Assembly: GCF_900232105.1 (NCBI RefSeq)
Contig: NZ_LT934425.1
Coordinates: 2,340,001-2,372,000, forward strand
From: Candidatus Kuenenia stuttgartensis
GTDB lineage: Bacteria > Planctomycetota > Brocadiia > Brocadiales > Brocadiaceae
DNA length: 32,000 nucleotides
Direction: 5' to 3'
Of the stretch, positions 21,028 to 29,951 are shown one piece after another. The notes beneath the pieces are model-generated. The model made no database searches. It was given only the letters and a program-made list of their open reading frames with translations, and was not told the DNA's origin. The stretch's first letter is position 1; each line of letters opens with the position of its first letter. The translations under genes and the position numbers were made by a program.

Positions 21028-21058
21028 ACCCTGACAGGGTTTGGAACCCTGTCAGGGT
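21028..21058. repeat. Perfect 14-bp stem / 3-nt loop hairpin
   Basis: ACCCTGACAGGGTT-TGG-AACCCTGTCAGGGT. Confidence 0.85.
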
Positions 21059-21110
21059 TAATACACCATGCTTGCAAATACTATGTTGTTTCATTTGGTG
21101 TTTCAAACGC

Positions 21111-21200
21111 GTAGGGTGGATTAAGCGACAGCGAATCCACCTTTCCATATTAATAATTGTTGGATTCGGTGCGAAAAAACCGCGCCTTAATCCATCCTAC
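21111..21200 (+). repeat. 90-bp dispersed MITE/REP-like repeat with 15-bp terminal inverted repeats, copy 2
   Basis: GTAGGGTGGATTAAG ... CTTAATCCATCCTAC (TIRs 14/15 complementary) with inner GGTGGATT...AATCCACC hairpin. Confidence 0.85.
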
Positions 21201-21236
21201 TGCTTGACGGATTTTACCCACACCACATGATGGGGG

Positions 21237-21294
21237 AAAACTTATCATATTCTTGTGCAGGACGTAAGAATAAAATGTCGCTGTAGTGATAATT
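21237..21294 (+). repeat. 58-bp dispersed repeat copy B, ending 33 bp before the uvrA start
   Basis: AAAACTTATCATATTCTTGTGCAGGACGTAAGAATAAAATGTCGCTGTAGTGATAATT. Confidence 0.9.
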
Positions 21295-21327
21295 GCTTTT
21301 TAACAAATATACAAGAACTTACAAAAA

Positions 21328-24153
21328 ATGAAACACTCTATTGTCGCTTGCGGTATACGTGTACATAATTTAAAAAATATTGACGTTGAAATTCCACATA
21401 ACAAATTAGTTGTCATTACGGGTGTGAGCGGTTCTGGCAAGTCCAGCCTTGCATTTGATACCCTTTTTGCAGAGGGACAAAGAAGGTATGTGGAATCTTT
21501 TTCTGCTTACGCGCGGCAATTTCTTGAAAAAATGGACAAGCCTGATGTCGATCACATAGAAGGTATCCTGCCTGCAATCGCTATTCAGCAGAAAAATCCT
21601 GTAAAAAACCGTCGTTCGACTGTAGGCACCGCAACAGAAATCAACGATTACCTGCGGTTGCTCTATGCCCGCATTGGAAAGACGTATTGTAAAAGCTGCA
21701 AGCGGCAGGTACGGATTGACACTGTTTCGCATATTGTAGAATTTATACTCTCCTTGCCGGAGGGCACGAAATTTCTAGTCACATTTCCTCTCAATATCAG
21801 CCAAAAAATTTCGGGTGAGGAACAAATAAATCTCCTGAAAGAACGCGGCATAGTGAGAATCCTGGCTGATAACGACATTGTTGACATCACGAACGAACAA
21901 AACAGTTTTGACATCCGTGCCGCAAAGACTGTGTACGGAATTATCGACCGGCTGGTTGTAAAATACACAATAAAAGACCGCCTTATCGATTCTCTGGAAA
22001 CCTCATACCGTATGGGTTCAGGGCACTTAAGTATCTTTTATACTAACGATGCGCTTTCCAGTGAAGCGATAAAACCATCAACAGATGATCTTGTGCGCAT
22101 TCAGGATTCACCATGGGTTGAAATGAAATATAGCAAAAAGTTTTTTTGCAGTTATTGTGCAATTGAATACCCCGAACCGTCCCCTGCCTTATTTTCCTTT
22201 AATAATCCAATAGGGGCATGCCCCAAATGCCAGGGATTCGGTCACACGATAGACATAGATATGGATGCCGTTATTCCCGATAAAGAGAAATCTCTTGAAC
22301 AGGGTGCGATAGTTCCCTGGAATACCCCCGCATACAGGGAGTTGTATGAGGAACTTGAATCTGCCGCCTCAAAATATGACATTCCCATGGATGTTCCTTT
22401 CCGGAAATTGACAAAAAAACAGTTGAATCTGCTTTTTGAAGGAACAAAGGATTTTTGCGGTATTAACGAATTTTTCAACTGGCTGGAAGGCCGAAAATAC
22501 AAGATACACGTTCGTGTTATCCTTAGCAAATACAGGGGCTATAATGTGTGCCGCACCTGCGAAGGAACCCGATTGAAAAAAGAGGCGCTTACCATAGTAA
22601 TTCAGCAGAGAAGTATTGCGGAAGTTTGCACTATGACCATAGAACAGGCGCACATGTTCTTTCAAAAGCTGCAGCTTTCTGACTATGAAAGAAATATTGC
22701 GCACTTAATCCTGCAGGAGATAACAAAACGTCTTGGCTATATGATCAAGGTCGGACTCGGATACCTCACTCTGGACCGTATGACTCGTACGTTATCAGGC
22801 GGTGAAGCCCAAAGGGTAAATCTTACCACATCATTAGGTTCTTCTCTGGTAAACACCTTGTACATACTGGATGAACCGAGCGTAGGGCTACATCCCAGGG
22901 ATACTGACCGGTTGATTCATATACTGACGCGGTTAAGGGACATTGGAAATACCGTTGTTGTGGTGGAGCATGATGCGGAGGTTATAAAGAACTCAGATAT
23001 GATTATTGATTTAGGACCCGGCGCCGGAGAAAACGGAGGGAGGCTTGTTTATCATGGCACCTTTGCACAACTGCCCGCAAATAACTGTTCTCTGACTGGG
23101 CAGTATTTAAAAGGAGAAAAGGCGATAAAAATACCTTCTTCCCGGAGAAAGCCTTCCAGAAAGGCTATCGTTTTAAAAGGCGCGTCGCAAAATAATTTAA
23201 AAAATATCGATGTCACATTTCCGCTTAATATGCTAGTCTGTGTGACGGGCGTTTCGGGGTCGGGAAAGAGTACGCTCGTACAGGATACTCTTTACGGCGC
23301 ACTGAAAAAGAAGCTGGGAATTTATTCAGGGTTTGTGGGAAAACATACGGCCATTGAAGGTGAGAGGTTTATCAATGACATCCTTCTCGTTGATCAATCC
23401 CCTATTGGGCGCACACCACGTTCTAATCCCGTAACGTATATAAAAATATTCGATGAAATAAGAAAACTTTTTGCCTTCACGAGGGAGGCAAAAGCGCGCA
23501 AATTGACCATCGGTTCATTCTCTTTTAATATTGCCGGCGGAAGATGTGAGTTTTGCGAAGGCGCGGGATATGTAAAGGTTGATATGCAATTTCTTGCTGA
23601 TATCTTTGTCACATGTGAGAAATGCGGCGGAAAGCGGTTTAACAAAAAAGTACTAGAGGTGAAATATAAAAATAAAAATATCCATGAAGTTCTGAGCATA
23701 ACGGTGGATGAAGCAATTGAATTTTTTCGTGAATCTGTGAATATCACAAAGGTATTGAAGTGTTTGCAGGAAACCGGGCTAGGTTATTTAAAATTGGGTC
23801 AGCCAGCAACAACCTTGTCGGGGGGTGAAGCGCAACGTCTCAAGGTATCCACGTATATATCGCAGGAAAATATGGAGTCAATGCTCTTTGTCTTTGACGA
23901 ACCAACCATCGGCCTGCATATGGATGACATTCAGAAATTACTGAATTGTTTTCAAAGATTGCTCCAGGCGGGACATTCTCTCATCGTGGTGGAACATAAC
24001 CTTGATATTATTAAATCCTCCGATTATATTATCGACCTTGGCCCTGAAGGGGGCAATGAAGGGGGATATGTAATCGGATGCGGAACGCCGGAGAAAATTT
24101 CTAAAATAAAAACAAGCCATACGGGCGCATACTTAAAACCATACTTTTTGTAA
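21328..24153 (+). CDS. uvrA: Excinuclease ABC subunit A (UvrA) or UvrA-family paralogue
   Basis: 941 aa; GVSGSGKSSLAFDTLFAEGQRRYVESFSAYARQFL, CPKCQGFG zinc site, two LSGGEAQR signatures, GVSGSGKSTLVQDTL, CEFCEGAGYVKVDMQFLADIFVTCEKCGGKRF. Confidence 0.92.
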   Translation: MKHSIVACGIRVHNLKNIDVEIPHNKLVVITGVSGSGKSSLAFDTLFAEGQRRYVESFSAYARQFLEKMDKPDVDHIEGILPAIAIQQKNPVKNRRSTVGTATEINDYLRLLYARIGKTYCKSCKRQVRIDTVSHIVEFILSLPEGTKFLVTFPLNISQKISGEEQINLLKERGIVRILADNDIVDITNEQNSFDIRAAKTVYGIIDRLVVKYTIKDRLIDSLETSYRMGSGHLSIFYTNDALSSEAIKPSTDDLVRIQDSPWVEMKYSKKFFCSYCAIEYPEPSPALFSFNNPIGACPKCQGFGHTIDIDMDAVIPDKEKSLEQGAIVPWNTPAYRELYEELESAASKYDIPMDVPFRKLTKKQLNLLFEGTKDFCGINEFFNWLEGRKYKIHVRVILSKYRGYNVCRTCEGTRLKKEALTIVIQQRSIAEVCTMTIEQAHMFFQKLQLSDYERNIAHLILQEITKRLGYMIKVGLGYLTLDRMTRTLSGGEAQRVNLTTSLGSSLVNTLYILDEPSVGLHPRDTDRLIHILTRLRDIGNTVVVVEHDAEVIKNSDMIIDLGPGAGENGGRLVYHGTFAQLPANNCSLTGQYLKGEKAIKIPSSRRKPSRKAIVLKGASQNNLKNIDVTFPLNMLVCVTGVSGSGKSTLVQDTLYGALKKKLGIYSGFVGKHTAIEGERFINDILLVDQSPIGRTPRSNPVTYIKIFDEIRKLFAFTREAKARKLTIGSFSFNIAGGRCEFCEGAGYVKVDMQFLADIFVTCEKCGGKRFNKKVLEVKYKNKNIHEVLSITVDEAIEFFRESVNITKVLKCLQETGLGYLKLGQPATTLSGGEAQRLKVSTYISQENMESMLFVFDEPTIGLHMDDIQKLLNCFQRLLQAGHSLIVVEHNLDIIKSSDYIIDLGPEGGNEGGYVIGCGTPEKISKIKTSHTGAYLKPYFL

Positions 24154-24287
24154 CACTTTAGTTTTTTGAAAAAATAAGGGCGAAGCATTTGCTCTGTTTG
24201 TGTTTGAACGCATTTATGACAATTTACGGCAAATGCTTCGCCCCTATACTGCGATTATTGGAATTTTTCAGAAAACTAAAGTGTTAC
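24150..24287. repeat. 138-bp nested inverted-repeat element directly 3' of uvrA (outer IR overlaps the stop codon)
   Basis: Outer IR 24150-24173 / 24264-24287 (23/24 bp); inner perfect IR GGGCGAAGCATTTGC 24178-24192 / GCAAATGCTTCGCCC 24229-24243. Confidence 0.9.
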
Positions 24288-24339
24288 TACTTTTTATGAG
24301 TCGTACAAAAATATATTTTACGAAAGGCAAAAAACAACA

Positions 24340-25452
24340 TTGAGCAAGAAAAACATCCTATTTATTGTGAGCATTATAGTAAGCCTTGGTTGTTCATGGC
24401 TATTCATACGAAGCATAGAATGGGCGTCTTTGAAGAATGCGTTAATTGAGGCAAATTATTGGTTTATAATCCCCGCTACGATATTGGCGCTTCTCCTCTA
24501 TGTGGTGCGGGCATTTCGATGGCAGGGTCTGCTGTCGCACATAAAACCAATTTCCCCATGGAGCTTGCTATCGATTACTTCCATTGGTTTCATGGCAAAC
24601 AATATACTTCCTGCCAGGGTTGGAGAAGTATTGCGGCCGTTTCTCCTTTATAAAAAAGAGAACATTAAATTCTCTACCTCATTTGCAACGGTTGTTGTTG
24701 AAAGAATTTTCGACATGCTGGGACTCATTCTCTTTGCCGTTGCAACGTTGTTCCTGCTTCCCAACCCTGATACCTCCCATCATATCCCGTCTTTCGAATT
24801 AATAACCACTGATGTGGTAAAAACGGGAGGGTCGATAATTCCTTCATTAAAAAAATGGACAGAAGTCTTTGCCGCTTTTGGTAGCATGACCATTATCCTG
24901 CTTTTTCTTATCGTGGCAAAACCACTTTTTTTTAAAAACATACTCACCACATGGTGTTCATTTCTTCCCCACAAACTTAAAGATAAAATTTTCAACCTGT
25001 ATGATTCATTCGTATTTGGCCTGAAAATACTGGAAAATAAATCAAAGACGATATGGATACTTATCTTATCACTGATTGTATGGCTCATGGGTGGAATAGA
25101 AATCTATATACTGGGGTTTGCCTTCGATTTGCAGCTTCCTTTTGCCGGGGCATGTCTTGTTGCTGTTTGCCTTGCCCTGGCAGTAGCACTGCCGCAAGCC
25201 CCTGGCTATATCGGCGTTTTTCACATTGCCGTTTTAAAATCGCTGCATATCTTTGGCATAGAAACAACGTTAGCTCAGAGTTATGCTATTATTTTGTGGG
25301 CAATATCTATCTTCCCTGCCACAACTATGGGTTTTTTCTTTCTCTGGAAGGAAGGAATTGCTTTTCGTGAAGTGGTAAAACTGGAAGAAGAAATTTCCGA
25401 AGGAAAGCTTGAAGAAGCAGAAGGTGTTTCAAAAACTCCTCCGCAATTATAA
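24340..25452 (+). CDS. Lysylphosphatidylglycerol synthase TM region/UPF0104 family (flippase-like) membrane protein
   Basis: 370 aa polytopic; RAFRWQGLL, SIGFMANNILPARVGEVLRPFLL, ATVVVERIFDMLGLI, ALAVALPQAPGYIGVFHIAVL motifs. Confidence 0.85.
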   Translation: MSKKNILFIVSIIVSLGCSWLFIRSIEWASLKNALIEANYWFIIPATILALLLYVVRAFRWQGLLSHIKPISPWSLLSITSIGFMANNILPARVGEVLRPFLLYKKENIKFSTSFATVVVERIFDMLGLILFAVATLFLLPNPDTSHHIPSFELITTDVVKTGGSIIPSLKKWTEVFAAFGSMTIILLFLIVAKPLFFKNILTTWCSFLPHKLKDKIFNLYDSFVFGLKILENKSKTIWILILSLIVWLMGGIEIYILGFAFDLQLPFAGACLVAVCLALAVALPQAPGYIGVFHIAVLKSLHIFGIETTLAQSYAIILWAISIFPATTMGFFFLWKEGIAFREVVKLEEEISEGKLEEAEGVSKTPPQL

Positions 25453-25713
25453 TAGGGATAATCTGCGGAATTTTACCCGCCAAAAACGGTATAACTCATG
25501 AAATCTTAGGTTTCATATCCTGCAAGGAGGACTTTATTAAAAAATGAATGTAATTGAAAATACCTGCATGTTATGACATAATCGTAAAACTTTACGTATG
25601 ACAACACGTACCGTTTTATTCTTTTTTATCAAACATCCTGCTGGCAGAAAATAGCGGGATATCCCCATTAATTTACTGAAATAGCATTTACATAGTTAAG
25701 AACGGCTTATTGT

Positions 25714-27021
25714 ATGCAACAATTACTAACAAAAAAAAATACATTAAACATTTCGAACGTATCTGAACAGGAAGCAAGGTATCTTACATTTGAAATATGC
25801 GGGGAAGAATATGGCATAGAAGTTTTAAGGGTAAAAGAGATTATTAGGATGGTAAAAATTACGCCTGTGCCAAAAACCCCTGAATATGTAAAAGGCATAA
25901 TAAATCTCCGCGGCAAGATTATTCCTGTCATTGATTTGCGGTTAAAATTAGGAATGCGGGAATCAATGGCCGGAGACGGCAGATGTATCATTATCGTTGA
26001 GACATGCAATGGTCTGAAAGGGATAATCGTTGATATGGTATCGGAGGTGCTCGTTGTGAACGCCGATGATATGGAGCCTTTTCCCCAATCGAAAAGCAAC
26101 ATTGACGCCGATTTTTTTCTGGGAATTGCAAAAATAAAGGAAAAACTAAAACTATTACTTAATATTGATAATATATTTTGTGAAGACGGACGGCAGACTC
26201 ATGGTGAAAAAAATAACCGGATAAATGAAAACAAAAAAGACCTTAGCGGAGGAAACAGTGATAACGAGGATTTCAGAAAGGAGGTTTCCCTGATACTGGA
26301 AACAGAAAACACAGAAGGCATTTTTGCTGAAAAACCAAAAGAAGATATTTTGCCGGAAGATAGTGTCATAAAGGAAAATGCAGAGAATGAAACCGCCGCA
26401 ATCTATGAAAAACAAACGGATATACTCTTAGGCGATAACGCCTGTACTCTGCAAACAATTGGAACAGACGTAACAAACAAGGCGGATGAGCCTATAGATC
26501 TCAATGCCGTTGCAGAAAACATATCCGTTGATATCAGGGAAGCAACAACATCATTATTTGAAACAATGATTATGATGGATATGAAATTCAAAGAGTATGC
26601 ACTGGTTGACGAGACTAAAATAAAAAGCGATGTGGTATGCATGATAAGCTTCACCGGCAGATACCATGGCATTGTAAGTTTATTTTGTACAAAGGAGCTT
26701 GCATTACAAGTTGCTTCAAATATGCTGATGGAAGAGCAAACAACATTGTCCACTGAAGTAAAAGATGCAGTGGGTGAAGTACTCAATATGATTGCTGGAG
26801 GAGTAAAGACCAAAATTGCTGAAAAATACGGTGAGATGTACCTTTCCATACCACTGGTAATTGTGGGAGAAGATATTTCTGTTTCCGTTACAGAAACTCA
26901 GGAAAAGCGCTACAAAACAACGGTTGTGTGTTTTACGAAAGACCCATGGATTACGACACGTTTTGGCTATAATGATGAAATTATGACTGTAGGATTATTG
27001 CTTAAAAAAACAGCCCAGTAA
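25714..27021 (+). CDS. CheW domain fused to a CheX/CheC-like domain via a low-complexity linker
   Basis: N-term YLTFEICGEEYGIEVLRVKEIIRMVKITPVPKTPEYVKGIINLRGKIIPVIDLRLKLGM (CheW); C-term DIREATTSLFETMIMMDMKF...EVKDAVGEVLNMIAGGVKTKI (CheX-like). Confidence 0.85.
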   Translation: MQQLLTKKNTLNISNVSEQEARYLTFEICGEEYGIEVLRVKEIIRMVKITPVPKTPEYVKGIINLRGKIIPVIDLRLKLGMRESMAGDGRCIIIVETCNGLKGIIVDMVSEVLVVNADDMEPFPQSKSNIDADFFLGIAKIKEKLKLLLNIDNIFCEDGRQTHGEKNNRINENKKDLSGGNSDNEDFRKEVSLILETENTEGIFAEKPKEDILPEDSVIKENAENETAAIYEKQTDILLGDNACTLQTIGTDVTNKADEPIDLNAVAENISVDIREATTSLFETMIMMDMKFKEYALVDETKIKSDVVCMISFTGRYHGIVSLFCTKELALQVASNMLMEEQTTLSTEVKDAVGEVLNMIAGGVKTKIAEKYGEMYLSIPLVIVGEDISVSVTETQEKRYKTTVVCFTKDPWITTRFGYNDEIMTVGLLLKKTAQ

Positions 27022-27090
27022 AGAGTCTAAGCAGGCATAGCAAGAAACCAGGCAGGCAGGAAAGAAATAAAAAATACGAAAATGGAACCA

Positions 27091-27125
27091 CAGATCACCT
27101 AGCGCGGCCTTTGGCCGCAACCAAA
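27091..27125 (+). repeat. 35-bp dispersed repeat (copy of 5335-5369)
   Basis: CAGATCACCTAGCGCGGCCTTTGGCCGCAACCAAA. Confidence 0.8.
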
Positions 27126-27202
27126 AAGGTGATTTTTAGTTTATTATAAAGTATAGTAGTATCCTCGTAAATAGTAATCAGACAATTTGGAGGACACTAC
27201 TT

Positions 27203-28759
27203 ATGAATAAGTTGATGGAATTATATCGAGACAGGATCGTGGGTGCAATAAGCGGTCTGGACAGGATTCGTTTTCGCGGGACATTGCGGTGGTTGGCCAG
27301 TGAGCGTGGGATGGGAACATTCATGAACCAAGCGAGAATTCTGCTTAAGGATTTTTCCGGTTGGGTCAATGGGCTTACGGCACAGGTGCGAGACAGTTGT
27401 GAATCGCGGGCGAAAGATTTGGGTATCGAGGTGCGGTATTTGATGAGCAGCGGTGTTGATAAGGAGAAGTTGGCTCGCCAGATCGCGGCGGATAAGAGGA
27501 TTACGGAAGGTTCCATCTGCCTGTTGAGTGTGGTAGAGCCTTGTATTGCGCCGATGGTCAAGGGCAACAAGGCCAGCAAGAAGCTCGAGTTGGTAATGGC
27601 GCCCCGCAAGTGTGTCTTTGTGTATCATTATTTTAATGATCCAGTGTTTGGTTTTGGTCATGTTCGTATCCAGAGTTGGGCGCCGTTTAATATTTTCATT
27701 TGTCTCAATGGTCGTCATTGGCTGGAGCGGCAACTTCAGAAGCAAGGTATTGATTATGTTAAGGACGGCAACTGTTTTGTGCGTATAGAGGATATTGCGG
27801 CTGCGCAGGTTCTGCTCCATGAGCAGCTTAAGACTGACTGGGCGAAGCTGCTGAACGGGCTTGCGTTAGGCAGTTGCCCGGCATTGTCGCAGATTCTTCG
27901 TCCGTTGGAACCGGAGTATTACTGGTCTGCGGATGAGACGGAGTGGGCGACGGACATCATGTTTAAATCGGTTGAGGCATTGGAGGAGTTGTTTCCATCG
28001 TTTGTTCATCATGCGATGCGGGTTTGCGACAGTTCTTCGGTGATGAAGTATTTGGGTAGGCGTAACCTTGCAGGCGCTGCCCCTGATGAGGTTATCAGCG
28101 ACTATCGAAGACGCTATGAAGGTATACGGGTCAAGCACAGTGTGAATTATAATTCAGTGAAGATGTATAACAAGAGCGGTAGTCTCTTGCGTATTGAGAC
28201 AACGATCAATAATACGCGGGACTTTAAGGTCTTTCGGAGTCCCAATGATGATGAAGGCAAACCGGCGTCATGGCAGAAGATGCGTAAGGGCGTAAGCGAT
28301 CTTCATCGACGGTGTGAGGTGAGCCAACAATGCAATGATCGTTATGGGGATGCTTTGGCGGCGGCTCAGGTAGAGGAGAAACTGAAAGAAGTGGTGAGCA
28401 GCGCTTGTAACAAGGTTGTCAAAGAGGGCAAGAGGTATCGAGGTTTGAATCCCTGGCAGCAGGATGATTACCAGATGCTGATGTTCCTGTCCAAAGGCGA
28501 AAACGCGATAAATGGATTCCGCAACCATGATTTGCGTAAGTGGCTTTACCGGGAATCCGAACAATCCGGCAAGGATCAGCAAAAGAAATATTCCGGACGA
28601 ACGACCCGACGGATAAAGATGCTGCGGGCACACGGTCTAATCCGCAAAGTTCCGAGGGCCAACCGCTATGTTTTGACGGAGAAAGGCCAGAAGTTCTCTT
28701 GTTCACTGATGACCGCTTCAGCCCTTGATATTAAAGCACTTACGGAAATGGCGGCATGA
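27203..28759 (+). CDS. Uncharacterised 518-aa protein with C-terminal winged-helix-like segment; possibly mobile-element associated
   Basis: Intact ORF with GGAGG RBS; YRDRIVGAISGLDRIRFRGTLRWLA, CLLSVVEPCIAPMV, KCVFVYHYFNDPVFGFGHVRIQSWAPFNIFICLNGRHWLERQL, KHSVNYNSVKMYNKSGSLLRIETTINNTRDFKVFR; C-term KYSGRTTRRIKMLRAHGLIRKVPRANRYVLTEKG resembles a winged helix; 3' end shared with 5449-5489. Confidence 0.7.
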   Translation: MNKLMELYRDRIVGAISGLDRIRFRGTLRWLASERGMGTFMNQARILLKDFSGWVNGLTAQVRDSCESRAKDLGIEVRYLMSSGVDKEKLARQIAADKRITEGSICLLSVVEPCIAPMVKGNKASKKLELVMAPRKCVFVYHYFNDPVFGFGHVRIQSWAPFNIFICLNGRHWLERQLQKQGIDYVKDGNCFVRIEDIAAAQVLLHEQLKTDWAKLLNGLALGSCPALSQILRPLEPEYYWSADETEWATDIMFKSVEALEELFPSFVHHAMRVCDSSSVMKYLGRRNLAGAAPDEVISDYRRRYEGIRVKHSVNYNSVKMYNKSGSLLRIETTINNTRDFKVFRSPNDDEGKPASWQKMRKGVSDLHRRCEVSQQCNDRYGDALAAAQVEEKLKEVVSSACNKVVKEGKRYRGLNPWQQDDYQMLMFLSKGENAINGFRNHDLRKWLYRESEQSGKDQQKKYSGRTTRRIKMLRAHGLIRKVPRANRYVLTEKGQKFSCSLMTASALDIKALTEMAA

Positions 28760-28940
28760 AAAACACGCATAAAAAACAAGAAATTGATGGATAGTAGTAC
28801 AGATTAAAAGATCCCGGCGGGTTCAGGTTTGCAACCAGAACCAAACGTTTTATACTTTCAATCCAGCCTTCTATTCGCAGAACAAATGGCAAATAAATTC
28901 CAGATTCCAAACAGGGATTTGGGCATTGGATTTTACCTAC

Positions 28941-29029
28941 GTTCCCAAACAGATACTTCACTATGTTTAGTACAAGGTTTGAGAACGAGTTGTACTTCGG
29001 TAGTTTAATAGTTTACGCTGAATAGTTAC
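28941..29029 (-). repeat. Copy X of the nested inverted-repeat element (truncated on its left)
   Basis: GTTCCCAAAC-AGATACTTCACTATGTTTAGTACAAG-GTTTGAGAACGAG...TAGTTTAATAGTTTACGCTGAATAGTTAC. Confidence 0.85.
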
Positions 29030-29078
29030 AAAAAATTACTGATAAGGTATTAATGATTAATAGAGAGATATACTAAAA

Positions 29079-29837
29079 ATGATTACCGTATGGTTTTATA
29101 CGCTGGCAAGTGTTTTTGCTATCAGTATATGTTCATTGATAGGGGTTGTAACGTTATCATTTAGAGAAACGAATCTAAAGCAAGTCCTTATTTATTTTGT
29201 TAGTTTTTCCGCAGGAAGCTTACTTGGCAACGCTTTTTTACACCTGCTTCCGGAGGCCGTTGAAAAAGCAGGTTCAACCTTTCGGTTAAGCACTTCCCTG
29301 TTTGTTTTATGCGGGGTAGTTGTCTACTTTAGCGTAGAAAAATTTGTCCGCTGGCGACATTGCCACATACCAGCAACAGAAGAACATCCCCACCCTTTTT
29401 CTTTAATGGTGTTGTTTGGAGATGCCGTGCATAATTTTATCGATGGATTGATCATCGGAGCAAGTTACATGGTGAGCATTCAGCTAGGTTTTGCCACGAC
29501 AATGGCAGTTGTCTTCCACGAAATCCCCCAGGAGGTTGGAGATTTCGGTTCTTTATTACATGGCGGATTCAGTAAAATAAAGGCGCTTTTTTTCAATTTT
29601 CTTTCCGCATTAACCGCCATACTCGGCGCAATTATCGTCCTGGTAATGGGATCTTATGTGGAGGGATTAACCACTTTTTTAGTGCCTTTTGCCGCGGGAG
29701 GCTTCATTTATATTGCAAGTTGCGACCTTATACCGGAATTGCACAGAGAGGTGAAAATTACGAAATCAATCCTCCAGTTAGTATTTTTCATATTAGGGGT
29801 GTTGGTGATGCTGGCATTGTCTTTTGTCGGAGAATAG
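29079..29837 (+). CDS. ZIP family metal transporter
   Basis: 252 aa; FGDAVHNFIDGLIIGASYM, ATTMAVVFHEIPQEVGDFGSLLHGG, VPFAAGGFIYIASCDLIPELHRE. Confidence 0.92.
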   Translation: MITVWFYTLASVFAISICSLIGVVTLSFRETNLKQVLIYFVSFSAGSLLGNAFLHLLPEAVEKAGSTFRLSTSLFVLCGVVVYFSVEKFVRWRHCHIPATEEHPHPFSLMVLFGDAVHNFIDGLIIGASYMVSIQLGFATTMAVVFHEIPQEVGDFGSLLHGGFSKIKALFFNFLSALTAILGAIIVLVMGSYVEGLTTFLVPFAAGGFIYIASCDLIPELHREVKITKSILQLVFFILGVLVMLALSFVGE

Positions 29838-29951
29838 CACCCTTTCCGCTAAGAAAAAGAACGGGCGCAGAAGAAAAACAATGAGAAAAACGGTTGTTTG
29901 GTGAGCATTGCATTTGGTACCGCATGATATAAGATTTAATCGGAATGATTG

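Noticed and set aside
27221-27820. 199-aa minus-strand ORF inside the 518-aa gene
   Set aside because: Antisense frame of a convincing coding sequence; repetitive Thr/Asn/His composition is typical of a shadow ORF.
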